A stretch of DNA of 47,631 bases from a virus. Taxonomy: Duplodnaviria > Caudoviricetes. A program made the position numbers and the translations under genes. Shown here one piece after another: positions 28,912 to 38,328 of this stretch (positions within the stretch are counted from its first letter, which is position 1; each line of letters opens with the position of its first letter). A model generated the notes under the pieces. That model had not been told where the DNA came from. It searched no databases and saw only the letters and a program-made list of their open reading frames with translations. Location: IMG/VR virus record IMGVR_UViG_3300031924_000072, positions 1 through 47,631 of that record. One strand, given 5' to 3'.

Positions 28912-29385
28912 TCACACGCCCTCCTGCGCCATCTCGCGAGCCAGGTACAACAACGCAATGGCGTCGGCCTCGTTGTCATCTGCGGGGGCGTGGCCACGGG
29001 CACGAACAGATGCCACCATTTCGTCCTTGCTGGCGTTACCTTTACCCGTGGCGTGCTTCTTGATCGTGCCGACCGGAATGCCCTGGTAGGGAATCTGGTG
29101 GTGCTCGCACCAGGCAGTGAGTTGTCCCATGAATCCGCCGTAGGCATGGGCCGCGTCGACACCAACGTGGCGGCGGACCTCTTCGAAGACGACTTGGTCG
29201 ATACCGTCGTTGCACTGCTTGATGTCGGTGAGCCAGCGCTTGAACCGCAGAAAGCGCATGCCGCCGCCTTCGAAGCGTTGGGGTTTGAAGGATTGGCTGC
29301 CACTGGTGATGCTGCCGTCACGGCTGGTCAGTGCCCAGCCGGTTTGTGTGCCCATATCGAGGGCGAGGATGGTCATTGTGTTCAT
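28912..29385 (-). CDS. RuvC-like Holliday junction resolvase
   Basis: ILALD.G..TGWA, FEEV, K..ATGKGNA.K and NEADA motifs. Confidence 0.85.
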   Translation of the reverse strand: MNTMTILALDMGTQTGWALTSRDGSITSGSQSFKPQRFEGGGMRFLRFKRWLTDIKQCNDGIDQVVFEEVRRHVGVDAAHAYGGFMGQLTAWCEHHQIPYQGIPVGTIKKHATGKGNASKDEMVASVRARGHAPADDNEADAIALLYLAREMAQEGV

Positions 29386-29412
29386 TGGTCACTCCATGCA
29401 TTTTTGGCATCT

Positions 29413-29506
29413 GGTGACCGAAGGTGACCCGTTTCTCGTTATCCGCTCGCGCCTGCGCACGTACACGTGTAGAGAGATAACGATATGCCGGTCACTTTCG
29501 GTCACC
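29413..29506. repeat. 94-bp imperfect palindrome, candidate replication origin
   Basis: GGTGACCGAAGGTGACC (29413-29429) / GGTCACTTTCGGTCACC (29490-29506) and TCGTTATC (29436-29443) / GATAACGA (29476-29483) share one symmetry centre; directly after the primase gene. Confidence 0.7.
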
Positions 29507-29527
29507 CACTGGGGTCTGTCGATTCGG

Positions 29528-31855
29528 TCAGTCGTCGCGATAGGGCATGTAGCCGCCCGGCTCGCGGGGTTTGAGCAAGAGGCCTGACAGGGCTTTTGCC
29601 CCGCCATGCAGGCGTGTGCGCGCAAACCCACGGTTGATGAGTTGCTGGGTCAGCCAGCGGCTGGTGCCCACGTACTCGCCACGCCGCTCAGCGCGCTCAC
29701 GCCAGCGCTGGTAGATCGCGGAAATCGCTTCCCGCGCCACGGGCGATTGCTGGCAGTCCTCGTCGAGGAACTCACCGATCGCGTCCTCTTCTTCGAAGTA
29801 CTCATCGGTGGCATCGAGCACCTGCTGGGGTGGGTCGAGCCGGCCCTGACGCTGCCACTCCAGACAGCCTTGAACTGCCCAAGCCAGGATCCCATCCCGT
29901 TCAGCCAGCAGCTTTTGCTGCAGGTGCTTGTCACGCCTTTCCGGTGGGACGGTGATCGTGAACGGGATCAGGTGGAGGCGCCGCTTCATCGCCTCGTCGA
30001 TGTTGCGGATGGCTGGCTTGTGATTGCCGGCCACGATCAACTTGAACTGCGGCATGAACTCGAAAAAATCCTGGCGCATGAAGCGCGCAGAGATCTTGTC
30101 GCCACCGGTCAAGCTCTTGACCTTGGACTCGGCCCAGCGTCGCCCTTGCTCGGTTTCGATGGCGGCGACAAACCGGGCCCCACGCAGGCTGGCCATATCG
30201 GTCGGGTGCCTGTCTGTGCGGGTCTCCATGAACGTGTCCATGGGAGCATTGGTGGCGTAGTCGCCCAAGATGGTGGCCAGGGTGTTCACGAACACCGATT
30301 TGCCGTTGGCACCCGTGCCATACAGAAAGAACAGCGCGTGCTCGCGTGTCGATCCAGTCAGGGAATACCCTGCCATCCGGGCAAGATAGGCCTGCAGAGG
30401 CTGATCACCGCCCGTGACCTCATGGATGAACTGCCGCCAGGTGGGGCAATCACCCGCGGGGGTGGCCGTCGTGATCTTGGTCAGTCGATCCAGACGGTCG
30501 TGGGGGCGCAGCACGCCATTCTTGAGGTTCACCACACCGCCTGGTGTGTTGAGCAGCCAGGGGTCGGCATCCCACTCGTCGGCGGTGGCGGCATGACGCC
30601 GATCGGAGCGTGCGAGCCGCTCCAAGCCAGCCACCGTGCCACTGCTGGCGAGTTTGGCGGCCACCCGGTGAGAATCGGCCTTGAGGGCGGCCTCCCGACA
30701 GATCTGGCGCATCAGGTGGTGCGCCGCCAGAGTCTCCTCGGTTTGCCAGCGCTTGCCAGTCCAGAACACCCACTTTCCCCACAACGCGACATAGCGCCAG
30801 TCCTGGGCGTACCGACCCGAGAAGGTCAGCGCCAGTGCGTCTTCAGTGGCCCACACCGATTGCTCGGTCGGATCTGCTGCCTGCGTGATGTCTGGCGTTG
30901 AAGGCTGGAATTGGATGCGCTCACCGTGGGCAAGGAAAGCCTCCACATCAAAGCCCTCAGCAATGGCGTCGGCTGCGTCCCAGCCATCCGCACTCCCTTG
31001 GGGGTCTTGCGCCGTGGGATTGGACGGCGGCATCAACACCGCGCATTGCTGGGCACCCGCTGCCATGACCGCCTCGGCGGCATTCATGGCGTACTCCCAG
31101 CCTGGTTTGTCGCGGTCTGGCCAAATCAGGACATGCTTACCCTGAACGGGCGACCAGTCGGTCTTGTCGATCGGTGCGTTGGCACCGTGCATCGCGGTGG
31201 TCGCGCAGTGGCCCACGTCGATCAAGGCCTGGGCGCATTTTTCGCCCTCGACCAGAATCACCCGGTCGGCATGAGCAATGCCAGGTTGGTTGAACAACGG
31301 CCTCGGATCGGGCGGCGCCATTTTGCGACGCTTGGCATCCCAAGGGCGGAATTCCTTATGTCCAGGACTGGGCTCATAGCGATACACGCAGGCAATCAGA
31401 CTGCCGTCAGCAGCCAGGTAGTCCCACTTGGCGGTGGCTGGTCCCAAGTCATCCACTGGCGCACTTGCCTTGCGTTTGGCGGGTGACACGGCGGGCGCTC
31501 GGCCGAGCAGCTCCCGGGCGAAACCGAGGACGGCCGCGAAATCACGATGCGTGTCCCAATGGCGGTGCGCAGCAATGAGCGCAAAGACATCGCCACCATT
31601 GCCCGTGGCGCGGTCGATCCACAGGCCCGCCCGTTCACCATCCAGCTCAATCTCCAGACTGCGACCTGGACTGCCCAGCACATCGCCAACGACGAATTTG
31701 CCATGAGTCACCTTGCCTGCCGGGAATAAAGCAAACAGCACGCCCTCGAGCCGTGCCATCAAGGCCGATCGCAGTTCATCCCGCTCGGCATTCCCGATGG
31801 GTGATGGAACAGCGGAGTCTTGGTCGTTGAAATCAAGCATGGACACCTCCTTCAT
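29528..31855 (-). CDS. P4/D5-type primase-helicase (TOPRIM + SF3 helicase)
   Basis: VEGEK and WPDRD.PG (TOPRIM); DADPWLLN.PGG (D5_N); YGTGANGKS; KSLTGGD.I.ARFM. Confidence 0.92.
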   Translation of the reverse strand: MKEVSMLDFNDQDSAVPSPIGNAERDELRSALMARLEGVLFALFPAGKVTHGKFVVGDVLGSPGRSLEIELDGERAGLWIDRATGNGGDVFALIAAHRHWDTHRDFAAVLGFARELLGRAPAVSPAKRKASAPVDDLGPATAKWDYLAADGSLIACVYRYEPSPGHKEFRPWDAKRRKMAPPDPRPLFNQPGIAHADRVILVEGEKCAQALIDVGHCATTAMHGANAPIDKTDWSPVQGKHVLIWPDRDKPGWEYAMNAAEAVMAAGAQQCAVLMPPSNPTAQDPQGSADGWDAADAIAEGFDVEAFLAHGERIQFQPSTPDITQAADPTEQSVWATEDALALTFSGRYAQDWRYVALWGKWVFWTGKRWQTEETLAAHHLMRQICREAALKADSHRVAAKLASSGTVAGLERLARSDRRHAATADEWDADPWLLNTPGGVVNLKNGVLRPHDRLDRLTKITTATPAGDCPTWRQFIHEVTGGDQPLQAYLARMAGYSLTGSTREHALFFLYGTGANGKSVFVNTLATILGDYATNAPMDTFMETRTDRHPTDMASLRGARFVAAIETEQGRRWAESKVKSLTGGDKISARFMRQDFFEFMPQFKLIVAGNHKPAIRNIDEAMKRRLHLIPFTITVPPERRDKHLQQKLLAERDGILAWAVQGCLEWQRQGRLDPPQQVLDATDEYFEEEDAIGEFLDEDCQQSPVAREAISAIYQRWRERAERRGEYVGTSRWLTQQLINRGFARTRLHGGAKALSGLLLKPREPGGYMPYRDD

Positions 31856-32177
31856 CGGTGTCTGATGGATTCAAGTAGCCAGCCTTGGTCGCGATCTCTC
31901 GCATGAAGTTGGGGGACAGACCGACCTGGTCGCACCACAGCTCCAGGCGTCCGTCTCGAAAGAAACGTCTGGCCTCAGTGCGCAGATGTTTAGAGGGCGA
32001 ACACAGGTCAATGAACGCCTGTTTGATGACAGCCACGACCAGTCGCGACTCCGGACACACGACAGCGACATGGCGAAGTAGCAGACGCTCCAGCAGGGAT
32101 GCACCGATCAAGGGTTTCTGGCGACGGGCGGTCACCGTCAATGCCTCGATGACGGGTTGAGGAAGACGCGCATTCAT
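31833..32177 (-). CDS. Hypothetical protein
   Basis: PE..L..AVI.QA..D...A.RFF...C..VGL pattern; coupled to both neighbours. Confidence 0.6.
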   Translation of the reverse strand: MNARLPQPVIEALTVTARRQKPLIGASLLERLLLRHVAVVCPESRLVVAVIKQAFIDLCSPSKHLRTEARRFFRDGRLELWCDQVGLSPNFMREIATKAGYLNPSDTDEGGVHA

Positions 32178-32959
32178 GACTGCACCCCCGATGCGCTCAC
32201 ACCCTGCTCGCGCCAACACCGACGCGCCCAGGCGCAGTACTTGCACTCGTAGAAACTCGGCTCAGACGCCACGCGCGGCAGCAATTCACCAGCCTCGGTC
32301 GCATGGATGACTTTGACAGCGCGATCAGACATGCGCTGCGCAAGCGCTGCGTCAAACGGCACCAGCTCCAACCAAAGCTCCTGGGTGTCCTTGTTGATGG
32401 CGGTGAACAGCGCAGGCTGAGATGCGATGCCAGGAATGCTCGGCCCCATGTACGCCTGATAGATCGCCATTTGCGCGGCGTAGATCGGCTTGGTCACGGT
32501 CACGCCCTTTTTGGCGGTATCGCGCCAGTGTTTGTCGTTCATGGTCTTGCACTCCCAGAGCATGGGAAACGACAAACCCAGGTCGGCAGGAGCACCAGCG
32601 ATCACGCCGTCGATATGCCCCTGAATACGGCCCCCCGCAACGGAGAAGCCAAATTGCTCGCCATCCTGCTTGCGGGTGTAGAGGTCAAAGCCAGCCAGGC
32701 GCAGCCAGCGAATGGCCAGGTCCTCCATGACATGGCCGACTTCAAAGATCCGCAGCGTGCGACCAGGCAGCTCGGCACCGTCGTCCACCGGCGCGTCGAC
32801 GTACTCGTATTGCAGGGCGCGCTCGCAGGGCACACCGAGGCGTGAGGCGCCCAGATAGCGCCGGCGGGCCTGATGGCTGCGCTCGGCTTGCAAGGCTGCA
32901 TCCAGCAACATTGACACCTGCTCGTGAAATTTGGGTTGATGGTTCAGGTCGATCATCAA
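32174..32959 (-). CDS. PD-(D/E)XK (Cas4/RecB-like) exonuclease
   Basis: YLGAS.LG..C, GHIDG, WECK, Y.AQ..Y and C-terminal CKYC.W..RC. Confidence 0.85.
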   Translation of the reverse strand: MMIDLNHQPKFHEQVSMLLDAALQAERSHQARRRYLGASRLGVPCERALQYEYVDAPVDDGAELPGRTLRIFEVGHVMEDLAIRWLRLAGFDLYTRKQDGEQFGFSVAGGRIQGHIDGVIAGAPADLGLSFPMLWECKTMNDKHWRDTAKKGVTVTKPIYAAQMAIYQAYMGPSIPGIASQPALFTAINKDTQELWLELVPFDAALAQRMSDRAVKVIHATEAGELLPRVASEPSFYECKYCAWARRCWREQGVSASGVQS

Positions 32960-33402
32960 AATGGAATCCTGTGGTGATCGCCACCCGTGCTGGCAGTGGC
33001 CTTGCGGCTGGCGAGTTGTTCAAAGAAAGTGCGGTCGCGCTCGACCATGCGCTCGTGCTCGGCCAACATGTGGGCCTGATAGGCGTCGACCACGACCTCC
33101 ACCAGACGCAGGACTTCGTCCTTGCCGTAGTCGGCTAAAGGGCGATCCATGCCGATGGAGGCGACGTACTCGCCTAAGGGGCCGAGTGCCGATCGCATAG
33201 CGGCGATCTCCATGTCGCTGGGGTCAATCACGGCGTCCTCCTGAAATGAGGTCAGGCGCTCCATCAGTCGGGAGAAGGCGTTCTGGCACCGCATGGAGCA
33301 GAACACCCACCGGTTGTTGTAGCGGCGGGGGTCGGAACGCCGTAAGCGTGGGTTGAAATACCCCAGGCCTTTGGCTTGACGGGAACACACAGCACATCTC
33401 AC
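32956..33402 (-). CDS. Zn-finger protein (DUF6511-like)
   Basis: CAVC...FCSMRC; IPF end. Confidence 0.65.
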   Translation of the reverse strand: MRCAVCSRQAKGLGYFNPRLRRSDPRRYNNRWVFCSMRCQNAFSRLMERLTSFQEDAVIDPSDMEIAAMRSALGPLGEYVASIGMDRPLADYGKDEVLRLVEVVVDAYQAHMLAEHERMVERDRTFFEQLASRKATASTGGDHHRIPF

Positions 33403-35087
33403 GCAGCCTCCCGAAACTCGGCCATCACCGCATCGTTGGCTGCGGTAACCAGGCGCTGAATGGCCGCCTTGTTGAACTGGAAGGTCAACAGCGCTGAGAC
33501 CTGATAGCGGGTCAGGCTGAAATCCGCGCGTAGTGGCGCAGGCAGGTAACGCAGTTGCCCAGGTGTGGGCGACTCCTGCAGCCAGCGACGGGTTTTATGG
33601 GCAGCATCGTCGACTTCCTGGTTATTGAGCCAGTCATTAGCCTGGGCCAGACACACCGTGCGCTCCCCTGCACCCAGCAAGCGGGCGGGCAGTTTTTCGG
33701 CACCGCCCACCGCGTACCAACGCCCACCCAGGAAGAAGACACCCGCCCAGGCTTTGAAACCGGTGGCCAGCAGCGCGCAGTCGTCGCCGAAAAGGTCGCA
33801 CCAGGCAAAGTTGGAGCGCTTGAGCAGATCGATTTCGGTCATCACGAAATCGCTGATTTGGTGACGCGCTTCCTCGATCGCCTTGGCAAAGCTGTGGCCA
33901 CAGAGCGGACACTCGCGACTGGCCATCGGCACTTCGGCATCGCACTGCGGGCAGCGCTTGGTCGGCGCCTCGCCATCACCGGCAAAACCATCCAGATCGA
34001 CTTCCTGCTCCAGACTGCCATGGCGCAGGGATGCGGTGCCGAAGTCCAGGACCACGCAATCGGTCTTGATGACGCCGGGGTGCTCGGCAGGGTCGACCAC
34101 GCGCAGGCCGCGTCCGACCATCTGGATCAGCGTGGACTTGTAGGAGCTGGGGCGGAGCAGCACGATGCAGGAGGTGGGGGTGTAGTCATACCCTTCCGTG
34201 AGTACGGCCACGTTCACCAGCACCATGACATCGCCAGTCTCATACGAAGCCAGGGTGAACTGCCGCTCGGCATGTGTCATCTCGCCATGAACCACTGAGG
34301 CCCGAACCCCCGCCGCGTTGAAGGCCTGGCAGACGGCATGGGCATGATCGACGGTGGCGGCGAATGCAATGGTCTTGCGACGGGCGGCATGCTCCAGCCA
34401 ATGCTGGACCACTGCCGCATTGACAGGCGTGGTGTTCATGATCGACGCCACGGCATTCATGTCGTAGTCGTCGGTCAGTTTGCGAACGCCGTCGAGTGCG
34501 TCACGCGTTCCGACATCGACCACGAAGGTGCGCGGTGGTACCAAATGCCCAGAGCGGATCAGCTCGCCCAATCTGATCTGGTCTGCGACATTGGAGAACA
34601 CCTCACGCAGGCCCTTGCCATCCCCGCGATTGGGCGTAGCAGTCACGCCGTAAATCAGCGCATGCGGGTTCTTGGCCAAGACCGAGTCGATGACCTGCCG
34701 GTAGGTGGGGGCCGCGCAGTGGTGAGCCTCGTCGATCACCAGCATGTCCAGCGTGGGCATCTGCTCCAGGTTGCGTGCCAACGTTTGCACCATGGCAAAG
34801 GTGGCCTGACCCGACCACGACTTCTGGTGGGCATCGAAGACCGAGGTGCTGACGTGCGGATTGACGCGGCCAAACTTCGCCAGGTTTTGCGCGGTCAATT
34901 CGTCGCGGTGCGCCAAGATGCAGGCCTTGGCGTCCGGATGTTGAAGAAACTCCCCGGCGGTGCCGGACAGGCAGATCGTCTTGCCTGCACCGGTCGGCGC
35001 CACACCGAGGGTGTTGCCATGGGCCTTGAGAGCCGTGACGCAGCGGGTGACGAATTCCCGCTGCCGAGGACGCAGCATCATCGCCAT
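33399..35087 (-). CDS. SF2 DEAD/DEAH helicase with Zn ribbon
   Basis: APTGAGKT, DEAHH, TATP, TEGYD, QMVGRGLR and CPQC..CPLC. Confidence 0.93.
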   Translation of the reverse strand: MAMMLRPRQREFVTRCVTALKAHGNTLGVAPTGAGKTICLSGTAGEFLQHPDAKACILAHRDELTAQNLAKFGRVNPHVSTSVFDAHQKSWSGQATFAMVQTLARNLEQMPTLDMLVIDEAHHCAAPTYRQVIDSVLAKNPHALIYGVTATPNRGDGKGLREVFSNVADQIRLGELIRSGHLVPPRTFVVDVGTRDALDGVRKLTDDYDMNAVASIMNTTPVNAAVVQHWLEHAARRKTIAFAATVDHAHAVCQAFNAAGVRASVVHGEMTHAERQFTLASYETGDVMVLVNVAVLTEGYDYTPTSCIVLLRPSSYKSTLIQMVGRGLRVVDPAEHPGVIKTDCVVLDFGTASLRHGSLEQEVDLDGFAGDGEAPTKRCPQCDAEVPMASRECPLCGHSFAKAIEEARHQISDFVMTEIDLLKRSNFAWCDLFGDDCALLATGFKAWAGVFFLGGRWYAVGGAEKLPARLLGAGERTVCLAQANDWLNNQEVDDAAHKTRRWLQESPTPGQLRYLPAPLRADFSLTRYQVSALLTFQFNKAAIQRLVTAANDAVMAEFREAA

Positions 35088-35093
35088 CCCTCC

Positions 35094-35714
35094 TTATTGC
35101 GCCCAGGCGGGACGGGTGGGAACGGCAGGCGCCGATGACACAGGGGGCGTACCGGTGGGAGCCGAAGGCGCTTGGCTTGGGGTGCGCATCGGCTGCCCCA
35201 TCAGCACGGCATACTCTTTGTGATCCGGCTGAATGGCGGCCTTGATCACGTTCTTGTCGTCGCCGTTCTGATCCTTCTCGACATCAATGCGGGCGACAAA
35301 CTCCACACCATCCAGATCGGCAAAGCCCTTGATGCGGCGCGCACTCTGCGCCTGTGGCGAGTTGTCTGCCGGATTTATGCCTCGTGCCGAGTTCAGGATG
35401 GCGCGCAGGAAGCTGCGCCCGATATGGGTCCACTCCGGGCCCTTGGGACTGGACAGGCCAATCAGCCCGAACACCACGCGTTTGGCAAACGGTCCTTCCA
35501 GAATGGTGAACTTGGCGTTGAGATAGATCGCACCGGTCTTGTCGGAACGGGTCGCGTAACCGCCAGTCCAGCCTTGGCTTGGATCGTCATACCCACCCGG
35601 GCGAATGGCCATGATGACCTTGGCCAGGGTTTTGGGTGGGATCAGGGCGTACTCGCGCTGGTCTTCGGCATCGTTGAAGTCATTCCAGGCGGCGTTGTTG
35701 CTGTAGCTGTTCAT
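35094..35714 (-). CDS. Putative single-stranded DNA-binding protein (DUF669-like)
   Basis: DFNDA start, Pro/Ala-rich tail ending PAWAQ; sits between the AAA ATPase and helicase genes. Confidence 0.6.
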   Translation of the reverse strand: MNSYSNNAAWNDFNDAEDQREYALIPPKTLAKVIMAIRPGGYDDPSQGWTGGYATRSDKTGAIYLNAKFTILEGPFAKRVVFGLIGLSSPKGPEWTHIGRSFLRAILNSARGINPADNSPQAQSARRIKGFADLDGVEFVARIDVEKDQNGDDKNVIKAAIQPDHKEYAVLMGQPMRTPSQAPSAPTGTPPVSSAPAVPTRPAWAQ

Positions 35715-35728
35715 GAATACTCTCCTGC

Positions 35729-36532
35729 TTATTGCGCGCGCGGCGCAGTGATCTTGGAAATGAGGCGGCCCAGATGCGGCTCCTCGACGACTTCCAGTCG
35801 TCCGGAACGGTCTTTGGCGGGGTAGCCCCAGGGGTTGATGTGCTGGCAGACGAAGGCGCGATAAGGGGTGCCGTCATCCGACTTGAGCACCACCATCGAG
35901 ATGACCTGATCGACAATGCCGGGCAGTTCCAGCGCGGCTTTGGAGCCTTCGATCTGAGGGCTGAACACCTTGCGGTTGAAGTCATCGAGCTTTTCGTCGA
36001 GGATTCCGACCAGCCAGATGTCCTTGTCACGGACATGCTGCAACTGGGTGAGCCACCCGACCAGTTCGCTGGCGTGCAGGCCATAGGCACCGCGTGTGTC
36101 GGGCTTGCCGGTTTTTTCGGAGAAGGCCTGTGGCTGCCCCTTGGCCCACTGCAGACACAGGCGCCCCGCAACAGTGATCGAGTCCACAAAGATCAGCGAG
36201 TACTTGGCCAGCATGGCGGGATCGCCATACAAGGCACACACTTGGTCGTAATGCGCCTGGCTGTAGGACTGGTCGTCACGCAGCGCGGGGTTCGGGCCAC
36301 CGATGTAGCAGGCCAGATCGCGGCATTCCTGCCAGGTGCGTGGCCGCACGCTGTCGCCAGGCCAATCCAGCACGGCCAGATCGCCAGCCTCCAGGTCAAT
36401 GAACAGGGTGCGGGTCGCATCGGCGGTTTTGAGCAGCGTGGTTTTGCCCACACCTGACGGCCCAAGAATGACGCCCTTGGAGCCACGCTTTTCTGCGAGG
36501 CGCTGCTCGGCGGTGATGAAGGGAAAGTTCAT
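35729..36532 (-). CDS. AAA_24 / Sak4-like ATPase
   Basis: GPSGVGKT, DLEAG, FVDSIT and AKDRSG motifs. Confidence 0.88.
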   Translation of the reverse strand: MNFPFITAEQRLAEKRGSKGVILGPSGVGKTTLLKTADATRTLFIDLEAGDLAVLDWPGDSVRPRTWQECRDLACYIGGPNPALRDDQSYSQAHYDQVCALYGDPAMLAKYSLIFVDSITVAGRLCLQWAKGQPQAFSEKTGKPDTRGAYGLHASELVGWLTQLQHVRDKDIWLVGILDEKLDDFNRKVFSPQIEGSKAALELPGIVDQVISMVVLKSDDGTPYRAFVCQHINPWGYPAKDRSGRLEVVEEPHLGRLISKITAPRAQ

Positions 36533-36533
36533 G

Positions 36534-36818
36534 TCAGACCTCCTCGCCAAAGATTTCAACGACCTTGTCCGTGCCGAGCGCACCCCGTGCGCGCGCCAGG
36601 TCGTGCAGGCGGCGCAGGGAATGCAACTGGCAGGAGATCTCGGAAGAACGTGCCTCCAGCCCCTGGATGGCAAAGGCCAGGTCATCGACCGATGCCTGGT
36701 CGAGGGGAAGGCGGTCGATGTCGGTCTGCCCGGCGTGACCCGGGACGCGGATGGTTTCCGGCAGGTCCGACAGGGACAAGGTTTTTTTGCGCAGGGATTC
36801 GATGAGGTTTTTGAACAT
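36534..36818 (-). CDS. Hypothetical protein
   Basis: GGAG RBS before ATG 36818; fills the operon gap. Confidence 0.6.
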   Translation of the reverse strand: MFKNLIESLRKKTLSLSDLPETIRVPGHAGQTDIDRLPLDQASVDDLAFAIQGLEARSSEISCQLHSLRRLHDLARARGALGTDKVVEIFGEEV

Positions 36819-36823
36819 GGTGA

Positions 36824-37306
36824 TTACTCCGAAAGCAGGGCGAGACGGAAGCTGGGCTTGCCCACCTTCACGGTTCGCGCGGGGATGAATTGCTCGCGCA
36901 GAGCACTGGCCCAGGCGGAGAACTTGGTCTCTGAGACGCGATAGCTGACGTCGATAAATTCGCGGGGGTTGTCGCCGTTGGCGGCAATGCGCGCATCTAG
37001 GTTGGCCAGCAGCGCCTGATCCCATTCGACTTTCTTGGGCAGGTCGGCAGTGATACGCACGTCGCCATCGTCGAAATGCACCACGCCACTGTCTTTGGCA
37101 GCGACCAGGCGCAGGTGCTTGGCGCGCTCGGCATACTTGAGGTTCAGGGCATGCTCGATGTGATCGACTTGCGCCCTCGCGGTGGCCAGTCGGTCGGCGG
37201 CCAGCGTCTTGAGCTGGAACAGGCTGCGGGCATCGAATGCAGCCAGATCAGTGGCCGGGATGGACAGAACGTCCTGGTGTTGCGGGGGCAGATGGCGTTG
37301 GCTCAT
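36824..37306 (-). CDS. Conserved hypothetical phage protein
   Basis: LPKKVEWDQ..L, Y.VSE.K..AW and ARTV..GKP.F motifs; GGAGG RBS. Confidence 0.7.
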   Translation of the reverse strand: MSQRHLPPQHQDVLSIPATDLAAFDARSLFQLKTLAADRLATARAQVDHIEHALNLKYAERAKHLRLVAAKDSGVVHFDDGDVRITADLPKKVEWDQALLANLDARIAANGDNPREFIDVSYRVSETKFSAWASALREQFIPARTVKVGKPSFRLALLSE

Positions 37307-37515
37307 GCCACACCTCCTGCAACCACACGCGACGATGTGCTGCTGTGCAGACTCCTCGCCTCGTACTCCTCGATGTCCTCGACGCGGTAGAGGACGCGGC
37401 CCTGCAACTTCAGATACACCGGCCCGATACCGGCAGATCGCCAGCGCTCGAGCGTGGCCTCCGCGACATTCCAGCGCTCAGCCAGTTGGCGCTGATTCAG
37501 GTGTTTGACACTCAC
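37303..37515 (-). CDS. Excisionase/AlpA-like HTH protein, copy A
   Basis: HLNQ.QLA.RW....TLERWR....GP.YLKL.GRVLYR; AAGGAG RBS. Confidence 0.85.
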   Translation of the reverse strand: MSVKHLNQRQLAERWNVAEATLERWRSAGIGPVYLKLQGRVLYRVEDIEEYEARSLHSSTSSRVVAGGVA

Positions 37516-37569
37516 GTTGATCTCCTTTCAGGTGATTGCGAAAACGTGAGTGCAGTTTGGAATTCAGGG

Positions 37570-37611
37570 GGTGGGCAAACCGGTGGGCAAGGTGGACAGA
37601 ATGGGTGGGCA
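37570..37611. repeat. Four GGTGG(G/A)CA direct repeats upstream of the early/replication operon
   Basis: Copies at 37570, 37582, 37591 and 37604. Confidence 0.7.
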
Positions 37612-37682
37612 GATCAGGCAGTTGATGCCTGTGCCGGTCTAAACGGGGATGTTCTTGGAGATTCGGCCGTGCAAGGCCTGGA

Positions 37683-37889
37683 TCAGGGGCTTGCGCTGTC
37701 GGCCTGAGGCCGCATGCTTTTCAAGCAGCACGACTCGAATGCTTCGATGTCTTGTTGACGGTATAAGACCCGACCATGCAACTTGAGGTAATCGGGGCCA
37801 AGTTTTTCAGAGCGCCAACGCTCAAGAGATGCTTCGCTGACTTGCCAGCGTTCAGCCAGTTGCTTTTGATTCAGGTGCCGGATTTCCAT
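37683..37889 (-). CDS. Excisionase/AlpA-like HTH protein, copy B
   Basis: Clear paralogue of 37303-37515. Confidence 0.8.
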   Translation of the reverse strand: MEIRHLNQKQLAERWQVSEASLERWRSEKLGPDYLKLHGRVLYRQQDIEAFESCCLKSMRPQADSASP

Positions 37890-37916
37890 GGTGACTCATT
37901 GCTGTTGAATGACCAC

Positions 37917-37947
37917 CATTGAGGCGCTGGTTGGCATAGAAGCCAAG
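37917..37947 (-). promoter_or_regulatory. Conserved promoter-like motif, copy 4
   Basis: CTTGGCTT-N10-CAGCGCC-TCAATG, ~28 nt before ATG 37889. Confidence 0.7.
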
Positions 37948-38014
37948 CGCTTTTACCCCCTTCAGCAAGAGGATGTGCTGTCCGAAAAATGCATGCAAAT
38001 TTCGGACGTAGAGC

Positions 38015-38302
38015 TCAGATCTGCGCTTCGATGCGAAGGAAAGCTTTGTCGTTCCGTTTGTAATCAGGACGCGGCCCGGGAAATTTACCGGGGAGAATCG
38101 TGAGGTGCCGAATCTCGCGGATGTGGAACAGCTTCCAGCCCACGTACTCCCCGGACTCACTCCCGCCTTGCACTTGGTAAGCTCGAAGCGCCGGGTGTCC
38201 TTTTTTGTCTGTACCACAGCAGTGGGGCTCAACCACCCTCGGGAATCCGTCATAGGTGAAGGACAGTAGGTGGCGGTCGTGGATGGCAGATGAAATGGTC
38301 AT
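38015..38302 (-). CDS. Stand-alone WYL-like domain protein (95 aa)
   Basis: AI.....L.F.Y....R.VEPH..G........LRAYQ......GWKLF....I matches the WYL fold pattern. Confidence 0.7.
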   Translation of the reverse strand: MTISSAIHDRHLLSFTYDGFPRVVEPHCCGTDKKGHPALRAYQVQGGSESGEYVGWKLFHIREIRHLTILPGKFPGPRPDYKRNDKAFLRIEAQI

Positions 38303-38328
38303 GGCATGTCCCTGGTCAGTTTCAATTT

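Noticed and set aside
24665-30901. Long plus-strand ORFs (e.g. 24665-26083, 26380-27549, 29606-30901)
   Set aside because: Antisense shadows of well-supported minus-strand genes in GC-rich DNA; no motifs.
32174-32959. Cas4 gene implying a CRISPR-Cas system
   Set aside because: It is embedded in the phage replication module with no array or other cas genes.
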